Shown: positions 1 through 7,845, counted from the stretch's first letter. The stretch is 17,526 nucleotides of DNA from Leidyana gryllorum EB-2025a (GCA_048772705.1 JBLWGC010000064.1:1-17526); one strand, 5' to 3'. The notes: generated by a model from the sequence alone, not told the origin. Translations and numbers: made by a program.

Positions 1-2
1 TT

Positions 3-73
3 GCCTTCTTAGCTTGGGGCAGAGCATTCGCTTAGTAAGTGAAAGGTCGTCGGTTCGATTCGGGCAGAAGGCT
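3..73 (+). tRNA. tRNA-Thr-AGT: tRNA-Thr(AGT), mildly degenerate
   Basis: GCCTTCT/AGAAGGC acceptor; TTCGC-TT-AGT-AA-GTGAA; T-stem mismatch. Confidence 0.75.
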
Positions 74-121
74 TGGCTCACGAGTCAATCTATCCTGCAA
101 CTGTTCCCTTCTGCGCACACT

Positions 122-193
122 TTGCAGTGCGTCGTTTCGATCGACGGACCTTTGCGTTATGAGCCTAACACTCTTCCACTGAGCTACACTGCT
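122..193 (-). pseudogene. Initiator tRNA-Met, degenerate
   Basis: Matches 9107-9178 but with mismatches at pair 1:72 and in the anticodon stem. Confidence 0.8.
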
Positions 194-334
194 CAGTCTG
201 CAACCTGGAAGAGGTAGCCGAAATGTGATCCTCGAGATGTTAGTTGCCCTGACTGCCCTACCGAAGCGGGCTAACGAGGTGGCTGTGTTGGTTCTGAGGG
301 CAACATGTCCGGTCAAGTCAAACGACGACCAATA

Positions 335-357
335 GGGCTGTTAGCAGAGCAACAGCC
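335..357 (-). pseudogene. tRNA-Pro remnant reduced to an acceptor-stem hairpin
   Basis: GGCTGTT-8 nt-AACAGCC at the position held by tRNA-Pro in the other Thr-iMet-Pro modules. Confidence 0.75.
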
Positions 358-420
358 GAATACTCGGGTGCATGCAACCGACTGTGGCCTTTTCCAGCTT
401 TTTTTGGGGATGATCGCCGT

Positions 421-504
421 TGCACAGAACGGGATTCGAACCCATGCAGACTTGCGCCTACCAGAACTTGAGTCTGGCCCCTTAGACCACTCGGGCATCT
501 GTGC
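421..504 (-). tRNA. tRNA-Leu-CAA: tRNA-Leu(CAA), intronless
   Basis: GCACAGA/TCTGTGC; CCAGA-CT-CAA-GT-TCTGG; long variable arm; GGTTCGAATCC. Confidence 0.92.
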
Positions 505-600
505 ATTACTTTCCTTCTGAGTTCCAGAGTGTTAATGGCTTCCGCTGCGACCGCCGATGTCGTTCTGGCTGCGGTGTGCCACCCCGAAGTACTCTTACGG

Positions 601-680
601 CCCAGGGTGCTTAGATGGTAACGTATCTGACTGTAGTGGTGGTATCAGATATTCCACGAGTAAATTCCGTCCCACCCGAA
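601..680 (+). pseudogene. tRNA-Tyr(GTA) pseudogene keeping the 7-nt intron
   Basis: TCTGA-CT-GTA-G-tggtggt-A-TCAGA; D and T arms decayed versus 8578-8657. Confidence 0.8.
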
Positions 681-750
681 GTTGAGGAGTGGCTGTTCCA
701 TCCCATCCTGGTCGATGCTTCGCTACCTCTACAGCCTCGCTCAAAGATTT

Positions 751-822
751 GTCCGAGTCGTCTAGTGGTTAGGACAGCACGTTGTGGCCGTGCAAACCCA
801 GGCTCGATTCCTGGCTCGGACA
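751..822 (+). tRNA. tRNA-His-GTG: tRNA-His(GTG)
   Basis: GTCCGAG/CTCGGAC-A; GCACG-TT-GTG-GC-CGTGC; T-loop CTCGATT; no genomic G-1. Confidence 0.85.
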
Positions 823-914
823 ACCAATCTAAAGTGCATTGCAATTCCCTCCAAACCTCTCAGATCCTTATCGAGACTGAGAGACCAGTCAGAATAGCTT
901 AAGTGCGTGAGGAA

Positions 915-986
915 AGCCTTCTGCCGGAATCGAACCGGCGACTTCTCGCTTACGAAGCGAACGCTCTGCCCCTAAGCTAAGAAGGC
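915..986 (-). tRNA. tRNA-Thr-CGT: tRNA-Thr(CGT)
   Basis: Full cloverleaf; TTCGC-TT-CGT-AA-GCGAG. Confidence 0.92.
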
Positions 987-1116
987 AACTTATCTGGAGA
1001 ATCATGTGTCAGTTGTATCGACAAAAGTTAGCCGGGTGCTACGTGCACGGCGGGCAGTCCCGCCCATCGTGCGGGCATGCTGGGAAGAAGTCGCAAGTTA
1101 TTCTGACTATAACGGC

Positions 1117-1196
1117 TGACAAGAGTGGGATTCGAACCCACGCCCTTTCGGACTGCGGCCTGAACACAGCGCCTTGGACCACTCGGCCATCTTGCC
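1117..1196 (-). tRNA. tRNA-Leu-CAG: tRNA-Leu(CAG)
   Basis: GGCAAGA/TCTTGTC; CTGTG-TT-CAG-GC-CGCAG; variable arm. Confidence 0.93.
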
Positions 1197-1197
1197 G

Positions 1198-1247
1198 AAA
1201 TGTTGTTGGCTCGCCGCTCCACAAATGTTGTTGGCTCGCCGCTCCAC
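1198..1247. repeat. Perfect 25-bp tandem duplication in the Leu-Asp spacer
   Basis: AAATGTTGTTGGCTCGCCGCTCCAC x2; single copy in the homologous spacer at about 11770. Confidence 0.9.
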
Positions 1248-1315
1248 GCGTTTTCAATCCGTGGAATCTCAGAATGGAAGAACTTCTGGGGTTGGGGGCT
1301 AGCGTATCCAGAGCG

Positions 1316-1385
1316 TCCGAGATAGTATAGCGGTTAGTATTCCGCCTATCACGCGGAAAACCAAGATCAATTCCCGGTCTCGGAG
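1316..1385 (+). pseudogene. tRNA-Asp pseudogene (anticodon ATC)
   Basis: TCCGAGATAGTATAG...TCTCGGAG; T-arm decayed. Confidence 0.8.
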
Positions 1386-1440
1386 CACAGTTGGTTGCGC
1401 TTAGGATTGTTTCTTTCGGATCTCGCTGAAAGTTGCGAGC

Positions 1441-1512
1441 TACAGCCACCGAGGATCGGATCGGGACCTTCTGCGTGTGAAGCAGACGTCGTGACCACTG
1501 GACCATGGCTGC
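1441..1512 (-). pseudogene. tRNA-Val(CAC), damaged T-loop
   Basis: Homologous to 4442-4514; GTTC lost. Confidence 0.8.
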
Positions 1513-1630
1513 ACGGAGCCTGCGGACTGGGAAAAAAGGCGTGTGTCTCTGGAAACACGTATCCTGATGATCTAGTTGAGGGAGAGCTAGTGTGGATGGC
1601 TTTACCAACTCTTTTGGGAAGGACTGAATG

Positions 1631-1702
1631 GGTTGCGTGGTGTAGTGGTTAGCACTGGAGACTCTGAATCTCCCGACCCGGGTTCGATTCCCGGCGCGAC
1701 CT
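1631..1702 (+). tRNA. tRNA-Gln-CTG: tRNA-Gln(CTG)
   Basis: GGTTGCG/CGCGACC; GGAGA-CT-CTG-AA-TCTCC. Confidence 0.93.
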
Positions 1703-1766
1703 CGAAACTAGTGCTCACTACTCCCTGAAGCTTCGCCACTTCTCTTGGGCTGCGGGGACCATCCAC

Positions 1767-1839
1767 GCAGCCATGGTCTAGTGGTTACGACGTCTGCTTA
1801 ACACGCAGAAGGTCCCGAGTTCGATCCTCGGTGGCTGTA
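1767..1839 (+). tRNA. tRNA-Val-AAC: tRNA-Val(AAC)
   Basis: GCAGCCA/TGGCTGT; TCTGC-TT-AAC-AC-GCAGA. Confidence 0.93.
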
Positions 1840-1894
1840 GCTTGCAACTTTCAGCGGGCACCAAAAAAGACAATCTTAAGCGAGATCAACTGTG

Positions 1895-1966
1895 CTCCGA
1901 GACCGGGAATCGAACCCGGGTCTTCCGCGTGACAGGCGGAAATACTAACCACTATACTATCTTGGA
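1895..1966 (-). tRNA. tRNA-Asp-GTC: tRNA-Asp(GTC)
   Basis: TCCGC-CT-GTC-AC-GCGGA; one acceptor mismatch; T6 about 27 nt downstream. Confidence 0.88.
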
Positions 1967-2060
1967 CGCTCCGAACACACCGGCCTGAAACCCCAAAAGT
2001 GCTTCCATCTTGAGATTCCAGGGATAGAAAACGCGTGGAGCGGCGAGCCAACAACATCCC

Positions 2061-2140
2061 GGCAAGATGACCGAGTGGTCTGAGGCGCTGTGCTCAGACC
2101 GGAGTCCGAAGGGTCGTGGGTTCGAATCCCACTTTTGTCA
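2061..2140 (+). pseudogene. tRNA-Leu(CAG), degenerate
   Basis: Several D and anticodon-stem substitutions, shared with 16921-17000. Confidence 0.75.
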
Positions 2141-2177
2141 GGTTGCGCCCCAAACGGGAAAAAACATGGAGTTCGGT

Positions 2178-2249
2178 TGAGCCCAGAGTGATTCGAACAC
2201 CCAACCTTCTCATCTGGAGTCAGACGCGCTACCGTTGCGCCAAAGGCTC
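2178..2249 (-). tRNA. tRNA-Trp-CCA: tRNA-Trp(CCA), with mismatches
   Basis: TCTGA-CT-CCA-GA-TGAGA; T6 about 13 nt downstream. Confidence 0.8.
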
Positions 2250-2269
2250 AAAACCATCCCCCGTTCCAG

Positions 2270-2342
2270 ACTCATTTACCGGCAATCGGGCCCGCTTCTT
2301 AGGCGTGACATGCGAAAATAGTAACCACTATGCTATCTCGGA
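2270..2342 (-). pseudogene. tRNA-Asp pseudogene
   Basis: 5' half TCCGAGATAGCATAGTGGTTAC recognisable; 3' half decayed. Confidence 0.75.
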
Positions 2343-2422
2343 CGCTCTGAACACGCCACGGACATTCCATTCGTTCAGAAAACGGCCGTTACCGTGTACG
2401 AGCTTCAACAACAAGGTGTCAC

Positions 2423-2492
2423 GCATCTGTGGTCTAGTGGTAGAATGTCTCGTTGCCATCGAGACGACCCGGATCGATTCCCGGCAGATGCA
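2423..2492 (+). tRNA. tRNA-Gly-GCC: tRNA-Gly(GCC), 1-nt T-arm deletion
   Basis: GCATCTG/CAGATGC; TCTCG-TT-GCC-AT-CGAGA. Confidence 0.75.
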
Positions 2493-2594
2493 GAGGACAC
2501 GTGCTTGTTTTTCACCATTCCAACAATTCATGTGTAAGTTGGCCCCACGGTCGCGCTAAGTGCTTATTTTCACCGCCTTCCATGACTTTCTAGC

Positions 2595-2667
2595 GCCTCG
2601 GTAGCTCAGTTGGGAGAGCGCCAGACTGAAGATCTGGAAGTCCCGTGTTCGATCCACGGCCGAGGCA
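2595..2667 (+). tRNA. tRNA-Phe-GAA: tRNA-Phe(GAA)
   Basis: GCCTCGG/CCGAGGC; CCAGA-CT-GAA-GA-TCTGG. Confidence 0.95.
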
Positions 2668-2816
2668 GAGAGGTCGTGACATCTGGTGTCAGAATTCTTC
2701 GCCCCTCAGCTAACCAGGCAGGCCCTGTCTCGATCACATGAGGGGCAGTGGAAGTCCTTGGAGTACTTCAACAACCTCCCTCAACGGGCTTAGATGTGTG
2801 ATTTCCTTCTTGGATT

Positions 2817-2888
2817 GCCTTGTAAGCTTAGGGGCAGAGCGTTTGCTTCGTAAACGAGACGTCAGCGGCTCGATTCCGACAGAAGGCT
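2817..2888 (+). pseudogene. tRNA-Thr(CGT) pseudogene
   Basis: Multiple stem substitutions, several shared with 7707-7778. Confidence 0.78.
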
Positions 2889-3051
2889 TTGATATCGATA
2901 AGTTCGAAACCTCTTAGGGCCGGGTTCTGCGGAACCCTACTCTCTCAACCGCACTTGTGGTCTTGGTGTTGTATTGGACATCCCGCGGGGAGTGGCTCCA
3001 CAGAGGGCTGCGGTGAGTGCCTATCTTCACCGCGTTTCAAGGGTTTCTAGC

Positions 3052-3124
3052 GCCTCGGTAGCTCAGTTGGGAGAGCGCCAGACTGAAGATCTGGAAATCC
3101 CGTGTTCGATCCACAGCCGAGGCA
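3052..3124 (+). tRNA. tRNA-Phe-GAA: tRNA-Phe(GAA), second copy
   Basis: Two substitutions versus 2595-2667; flanks also duplicated (about 2560-2740 vs 3017-3216). Confidence 0.87.
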
Positions 3125-3261
3125 GAGAGGTTGTGACATCTAGTGTCAAAATCCCTCGCGCCCGTGCGAGCGTTCTGCCCCTCAGCTAACCAGGCAGGCC
3201 CTGTCTCGATCACATGACGGTATGGCTGAGCCAACATCTTCGAACGTTTCATTCCATCTTC

Positions 3262-3333
3262 AGGGCACGCGCGGAGTTGAACCACGGACTTGCTGATCTG
3301 CAGTCAGCTGCTCTACCACTGAGCTACGTACCC
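3262..3333 (-). tRNA. tRNA-Cys-GCA: tRNA-Cys(GCA)
   Basis: GGGTACG/CGTGCCC-T; GCTGA-CT-GCA-GA-TCAGC. Confidence 0.9.
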
Positions 3334-3397
3334 AGAACTGCCCCTCATACTCACTCAACTCGATCCTGCCTCCTCACTTGAAGCAAAACGGCCGTGT

Positions 3398-3424
3398 ACG
3401 TCGTGACCACTAGATCATAGCTGC
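3398..3424 (-). pseudogene. tRNA-Val 5' fragment
   Basis: GCAGCTATGATCTAGTGGTCACGACGT with the Val upstream spacer, joined to the Cys-Gly spacer. Confidence 0.7.
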
Positions 3425-3672
3425 ACGGATGGTCCCCGCAGCGCAAGAGGAGTGGTGAGGTTTCAGAAGTAGTGCATTTGGCCATGTTGCCAGCTCGCTT
3501 TCTGTCCCGTCACTCCAACCTTTGTAGTCTGTTGGGCTGACACGCGGCTCCCACATACTACGGAAGTTCCAGCTCTGGGAGTAGAGCCACTTCACATGTC
3601 AGGCTATCGGGTTTTGTGCCCTTTGATCCATTGATAGGCTGCCTAACACGGACAGGAAACGGGTAACACTTG

Positions 3673-3737
3673 GGCAAGATGGAGTGCTGTGTGCAAGCCG
3701 CCGTCCGAAAATGCGGGCGGATGATCGCAACCATGTT
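3673..3737 (+). pseudogene. Highly decayed tRNA-Leu remnant
   Basis: GGCAAGATGG...GCTGTGTG...GTCCGAAA. Confidence 0.45.
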
Positions 3738-3752
3738 TAGGCTAATGACTGA

Positions 3753-3824
3753 AGCCTCCTGCCGGAATCGAACCAGCGACCTTTCGCTTACAAAGCGAAT
3801 GCTCTGCCCCTAAGCTAAGGAGGC
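3753..3824 (-). tRNA. tRNA-Thr-TGT: tRNA-Thr(TGT)
   Basis: GCCTCCT/AGGAGGC (compensated pair versus other Thr); TTCGC-TT-TGT-AA-GCGAA. Confidence 0.93.
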
Positions 3825-3888
3825 ATTCCCTGTCTCGACCCATATGAGTTTTTGATGCTGGGAATTGCATCATTTCCACCACATCGCA

Positions 3889-3970
3889 CGACAACTGCTG
3901 GATTTGAACCACCGCGGGCCAGGCCCAGTAGATTTCGAGTCTACCCCCTTAACCACTCGGGCAAGTTGCC
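3889..3970 (-). tRNA. tRNA-Ser-CGA: tRNA-Ser(CGA)
   Basis: GGCAACT/AGTTGTC-G; GTAGA-CT-CGA-AA-TCTAC; variable arm. Confidence 0.85.
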
Positions 3971-4079
3971 ACCTGTCGAACTCGGCATTTTGCGGCCAGT
4001 GATGTCACATACGGTTCAGCAAGCTTGACTAGGACCCCAAACCGTTGTGAAAAAGTGCCAGCGAGTAACAGATGTCGTC

Positions 4080-4161
4080 GGCAAGGTGGCCGAGTGGTTA
4101 AGGCGGCGGCCTGCTAAGCCGTTGGGTTCCACCCGCGTGAGTTCGAATCTCACCCTTGTCG
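4080..4161 (+). tRNA. tRNA-Ser-GCT: tRNA-Ser(GCT)
   Basis: GGCAAGG/CCTTGTC-G; GCGGC-CT-GCT-AA-GCCGT. Confidence 0.93.
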
Positions 4162-4307
4162 GTAGCATTCGGGGAGAGCACAACTGGTTGAATGATTGGG
4201 TCTTTGCCCGACTCGAATCCAACTCTTGACGCTGGGGTCTGTATACAAGACCCGTGTTGCATGTGTCCAGTTGAGGAAGCGCTAGTCCGACTCTTCTGGG
4301 CTGAACC

Positions 4308-4377
4308 GGTTGCGTCCTTGGTGGTTAGCACTCGACACTTTGGATTTTCCGACCTGGGTTCGATCCCGGCGCGACCC
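4308..4377 (+). pseudogene. tRNA-Gln(TTG) pseudogene
   Basis: Gln acceptor and T-arm kept; D and anticodon stems broken. Confidence 0.8.
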
Positions 4378-4441
4378 TTGAACTGGTCCTCACTACTCCC
4401 TGAAGCTTCGCCACTTCTCTTGGGCTGTGGGGACCATCCAC

Positions 4442-4514
4442 GCAGCCATGGTCTAGTGGTTACGACGTCTGCTTCACACGCAGAAGGTCCCGAGTTCGAT
4501 CCTCGGTGGCTGTA
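4442..4514 (+). tRNA. tRNA-Val-CAC: tRNA-Val(CAC)
   Basis: Identical to 1767-1839 except base 34. Confidence 0.93.
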
Positions 4515-4569
4515 GCTCGCAACTTTCAGCGGGCACCAAAAAAGACAATCTTAAGCGAAACCACCTGCG

Positions 4570-4641
4570 TTTCGAGGCCGGGAATCGAACCCGGGTCTTC
4601 CGCGTGACAGGCGGAGACACTAACCACTATACTAACTCAGA
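4570..4641 (-). pseudogene. tRNA-Asp(GTC), acceptor stem mismatched
   Basis: Anticodon and T arms intact; acceptor TCTGAGT/CCTCGAA. Confidence 0.7.
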
Positions 4642-4732
4642 CTTTCTGAACACGCCGGCCTCCAATCCCAGAAGTCTTTCTTTTTCGGCTCACGGACAAA
4701 AAATGCGTGGAGGGACGAACCAACAACACAGC

Positions 4733-4812
4733 GGCAAGATGGCCGAGTGGTCTAAGGCGCTGTGTTTAGGCCGCAGTCCGAAAGGGCGTGGGTTCGAATC
4801 CCACTCTTGTCA
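4733..4812 (+). tRNA. tRNA-Leu-TAG: tRNA-Leu(TAG)
   Basis: CTGTG-TT-TAG-GC-CGCAG; full cloverleaf. Confidence 0.93.
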
Positions 4813-4872
4813 GCCATTGTATCGGCACTCGGTCAGCCACTGCATCCAATAGGTCTTCCATGTTGTACGGAT

Positions 4873-4945
4873 GGGCGGCCAGCTCAGATGGTGCAGCGCT
4901 CGCTTTGCATGCGAGAGGTACTGGGATCGATACCCAGGTCGTCCA
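4873..4945 (+). tRNA. tRNA-Ala-TGC: tRNA-Ala(TGC), U8 and D-loop substitutions
   Basis: G3:U70; CTCGC-TT-TGC-AT-GCGAG; A54-type T-loop ATCGATA. Confidence 0.75.
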
Positions 4946-5034
4946 AACTCCATGCAACTTTGGCTGCAGAGAAACGGCTGGCGCGTGGTCCAAAAACCTG
5001 AATGTTGTTATTTCAATCTAGTCGAAAAGCCGCC

Positions 5035-5107
5035 GCCTACGTGGCGCAATGGATAGCGCGTTGGACTTCTAATCCAAAGGTTGCGAGTTCGAGTTTCGCC
5101 GTAGGTA
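5035..5107 (+). tRNA. tRNA-Arg-TCT: tRNA-Arg(TCT), intronless
   Basis: GCCTACG/CGTAGGT; TTGGA-CT-TCT-AA-TCCAA. Confidence 0.9.
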
Positions 5108-5171
5108 GCCGAATGCTCAGCACTTTACTTCGATGATTTGGCTGACTAGCTGCCTTCGCTGTGGAATGTTG

Positions 5172-5242
5172 CCCACTGTAGTCTGAGTGGCTAGGATATG
5201 CGGCCTCACCCGCAAGCTCCGCGCTCAAGTCCGGGAGTGGAA
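5172..5242 (+). pseudogene. tRNA-Glu pseudogene
   Basis: Homologous to 6568-6640 with anticodon-loop deletion and broken T-arm. Confidence 0.78.
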
Positions 5243-5330
5243 GTCAGTGGTTGAAGTCAGTGGAATACTTGAGCAAAGTGCCCAGCAATCTCCGTCGATA
5301 GTGTCTGATTCGTGATCTTCGGCTTGCATT

Positions 5331-5402
5331 GCCTTCTTAGCTTAGGGGCAGAGCGTTCGCTCCGTAATCGAGAAGTCGCCGGTTCGATTCCGGCAGAAGG
5401 CT
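5331..5402 (+). pseudogene. tRNA-Thr(CGT), anticodon arm damaged
   Basis: C at position 33 and a stem mismatch; rest intact. Confidence 0.7.
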
Positions 5403-5463
5403 TGACTGCATCGACTGGGCACCTGCAAAGCTTAAGTCTCTCAAGCTCCAATCATCTTAGCCG

Positions 5464-5536
5464 AGCCTCGTAGTTCAGCCACCAGAGGGTAAGTCTCTTA
5501 GCCACAAAGTCGCAGACTGGAACCTGCCAGTACTTG
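5464..5536 (+). pseudogene. Decayed tRNA-Asn remnant
   Basis: CCACAAAGTCGCAG...AACCTGCCAG shared with 9743-9815. Confidence 0.6.
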
Positions 5537-5600
5537 AGGCGCCCACTAGCTCAACGCAGACTGCGGCCGAGTCTCGGGGTGCTGGAGCTCTTTCTCGAGT

Positions 5601-5671
5601 GCACTTGTGGTCCAAGGGTAGGATGCGAGCTTCCCATGCTCGCAGCCCGGGTTCGAGTCCCGGCAGGTGCA
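5601..5671 (+). tRNA. tRNA-Gly-CCC: tRNA-Gly(CCC)
   Basis: GCACTTG/CAGGTGC; CGAGC-TT-CCC-AT-GCTCG. Confidence 0.93.
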
Positions 5672-5746
5672 GCCGATCGTACAGGCTTGACCATGGCTGC
5701 AACAATATTTTCAACCGGGGCGAAGAGCAATGCACTTTAGACTGCT

Positions 5747-5818
5747 TGTCCGAGCCAGGAATCGAGCCTGGGTTTGCACGGCCACAACGTGCTGTCCTAA
5801 CCACTAGACGACTAGGAC
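5747..5818 (-). tRNA. tRNA-His-GTG: tRNA-His(GTG), one acceptor mismatch
   Basis: One substitution versus 751-822; same C54. Confidence 0.8.
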
Positions 5819-5894
5819 AATCTTTGAGCGAGGCTGTAGAGGTAGCGAAGCTTCGATCAGGATGGAATGCGTTGTAAGAAGTCCACTCCTCAAC

Positions 5895-5973
5895 TCCCGG
5901 CGGACGGAATTTCCTCGTCGAATAGCTGATACCACCACTACCATCAGATGGGTTGCCATCTAAGCACCCCGGG
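5895..5973 (-). pseudogene. tRNA-Tyr pseudogene
   Basis: Same decayed form as 601-680 and 10219-10297. Confidence 0.75.
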
Positions 5974-6045
5974 CCGTGAGAAAAGCCTTCCTTCTCGAGA
6001 CTTCACGAACAGAAAACGTGTAAAGTGGCGAGCCAAGAACACTCC

Positions 6046-6125
6046 GGCAAGATGGCCGAGTGGTCCAAGGCGCTGTGTTAAGGCCGCAGTCCGAAAGGGC
6101 GTGGGTTCGAATCCCGCTCTTGTCA
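6046..6125 (+). tRNA. tRNA-Leu-AAG: tRNA-Leu(AAG)
   Basis: CTGTG-TT-AAG-GC-CGCAG; T4 immediately downstream. Confidence 0.92.
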
Positions 6126-6185
6126 GCCGTTTTATCGGCCCTCGGTCAGCCACTGGATGCAATAGGTCTTCCATGTACAGCGCAT

Positions 6186-6258
6186 GGGCGGCTAGCTCAG
6201 ATGGTAGTGCGCTCGCTTCGCATGCGAGAGGTACTGGGATCGAGGCCCAGGTCGTCCA
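6186..6258 (+). tRNA. tRNA-Ala-CGC: tRNA-Ala(CGC), T-loop variant
   Basis: G3:U70; CTCGC-TT-CGC-AT-GCGAG. Confidence 0.78.
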
Positions 6259-6376
6259 AAGTACGCTACGGCTGTACGTGGCGGGAGCCAAACCCAACCT
6301 TACATTTTTGAAGGGTCGCAGACCACAAGTGCCATTGGGAGAGCAGCGCAGTCAGTGTCTAGGGTGCCTCTAAAAC

Positions 6377-6449
6377 CGGTCCTGGCAGGTTTCGAACCGG
6401 CGGGTTTGTGGTTAACAGCCACACGCTCTGCCGACCTAGCTACAAGACC
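6377..6449 (-). pseudogene. tRNA-Asn(GTT), degenerate
   Basis: D-stem, variable loop and T-stem substitutions versus 9743-9815. Confidence 0.75.
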
Positions 6450-6567
6450 CAGCGACAACGTTTCAGAGGTCAGTATAGAGACCCCCCGCTTCCTATCGCA
6501 GGACTCTGCACACCACGTCTTGTCAAGAGGGTACGGCTCTCGGCTAAAGCTGCAGCTAAGGGAGTTG

Positions 6568-6640
6568 TCCACTGTAGTCTAAGTGGCTAGGATACGCGGC
6601 TCTCACCCGCACGATCCGGGTTCAAGTCCCGGCAGTGGAA
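6568..6640 (+). tRNA. tRNA-Glu-CTC: tRNA-Glu(CTC)
   Basis: TCCACTG/CAGTGGA; CGCGG-CT-CTC-AC-CCGCA. Confidence 0.87.
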
Positions 6641-6700
6641 ATCCAGCTGAATGTGCTTGTAGGCAACGGTTCCATTCCTACTCCCAGAGACATTGATTTG

Positions 6701-6773
6701 CACCGTCCGCGGGGCTCGAACCCGCGACTGCAAGATTAAAAGTCTTGCGCTCTACCGACTGAGCTAGGGCGGC
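6701..6773 (-). tRNA. tRNA-Lys-TTT: tRNA-Lys(TTT)
   Basis: CAAGA-CT-TTT-AA-TCTTG; C5:A68 mismatch. Confidence 0.88.
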
Positions 6774-6901
6774 AAGGAAGCTCCAAACTTAGTTACACCC
6801 TATTTGCCCTTGGGTGGAGCAGTGGAAGGATTGACTGGTGGAACAATGTGCTCCAGTAACTTCCGTCAATAGTGACTGATGCGTGATTACCAGCTGATAT
6901 T

Positions 6902-6973
6902 GCCTTCTTAGCTTAGGGGCAGAGCATTCGCTTAGTAAGCGAAAGGTCGCCGGTTCGATTCCAGCAGAAGGCT
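6902..6973 (+). tRNA. tRNA-Thr-AGT: tRNA-Thr(AGT)
   Basis: TTCGC-TT-AGT-AA-GCGAA; one T-stem mismatch. Confidence 0.87.
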
Positions 6974-7022
6974 TTGCTCACGAGAAAATCTATTCTATAA
7001 CTGTTTCGCTTCTGCGCACACT

Positions 7023-7094
7023 TAGCAGTGCGTCGTTTCGATCGACGGACCTTTGGGTTACGAGCTCAACACTCTTCCACTGAGCTACAGTGCT
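7023..7094 (-). pseudogene. Initiator tRNA-Met body with anticodon CGT
   Basis: iMet body; CAT changed to CGT; acceptor and anticodon-stem mismatches. Confidence 0.8.
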
Positions 7095-7229
7095 CAGTCT
7101 GCAACATGGAAGAGGGAGCCGAAATGCGATTCTTGAGATGTTAATGGCCTTGAGTGCCGAAGTGGCTAACGAGGTGGCTGTGTTGGTTGTGAGGGCAACT
7201 TGTCCCGTCGGGTCAACCGACGACCAAGA

Positions 7230-7301
7230 GGGCTGTTCTGGGAATCGAACCCAGGACTCCTTCCACCCTAAGGAAGGATCATACCACTAGACCAAACAGC
7301 C
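7230..7301 (-). tRNA. tRNA-Pro-AGG: tRNA-Pro(AGG)
   Basis: GGCTGTT/AACAGCC-C; CTTCC-TT-AGG-GT-GGAAG. Confidence 0.93.
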
Positions 7302-7385
7302 GAATGGGGAGGGGGATATAACGGCTACTTACGTACAGCCGTAGACTCGGAAGTGATGGCCAATACCGCCCGGAATGAGAACCGC

Positions 7386-7469
7386 TGCACGGAATGGGAT
7401 TCGAACCCATGCAGACTTGCGCCTACCAGAACTTGAGTCTGGCCCCTTAGACCACCCGGGCATCTGTGC
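7386..7469 (-). tRNA. tRNA-Leu-CAA: tRNA-Leu(CAA), variant
   Basis: Three substitutions versus 421-504. Confidence 0.8.
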
Positions 7470-7567
7470 GTTACTTTCCTTCTGAGTTCCAGCGTACAAA
7501 CGGCTTCCGTTGCGATTGTCGTCTGAGGCAGACCCTGTCTCGATCACTTGTGGGTATGGCTGAGGCC

Positions 7568-7623
7568 GGCTAGGATATGCGGCTCTCACTCGCACGGTCC
7601 GGGTTCAAGTCCCGGCAGTGGAA
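7568..7623 (+). pseudogene. 5'-truncated tRNA-Glu(CTC)
   Basis: Starts in the D-loop (GGCTAGGATA...), fused to the Phe downstream spacer. Confidence 0.8.
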
Positions 7624-7706
7624 GTCCTCGGACTATCCGATCACAGACCTTCAGTAAGAGTCTCCCTCAATCAATGAGGATAGATGCATAATTTCCTGCT
7701 TGGATT

Positions 7707-7778
7707 GCCGTCTTAAGTTAGGGGCAGAGCGTTTGCTTCGTAAGCGAGAAGTCGGCGGCTCGATTCCGACAGAAGGCT
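7707..7778 (+). pseudogene. tRNA-Thr(CGT), degenerate
   Basis: Shares lesions and flanks with 2817-2888. Confidence 0.75.
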
Positions 7779-7845
7779 TTGATGGATCGATAGGCTCTCT
7801 AACAACGGCTGTCACCACGTACAAGATGCAGCAAGATCGTGATCT

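Larger units (their letters stand above)
5777..7302. repeat. Left arm of a 1.5-kb inverted repeat
   Basis: His-Tyr(psi)-Leu-Ala-Asn-Glu-Lys-Thr-iMet-Pro plus spacers is the reverse complement of 8900-10415. Confidence 0.92.

Noticed and set aside
1045-1072. GC-rich hairpin GCACG-GCGGG-CAGT-CCCGC-CCAT-CGTGC
   Set aside because: Single occurrence, no U-tract, no supportable function
1316-1385. Novel Asp(ATC), Asp-body ATT (11863) and Ala-body AAG (13006) anticodons
   Set aside because: They occur in copies with broken T-arms or acceptor stems; ordinary pseudogene decay
2951-3020. Possible Gly-like tRNA (GCACTTGTGGTC...GAGTGC)
   Set aside because: Ends can pair but no anticodon or T arm can be formed; at most a very old remnant
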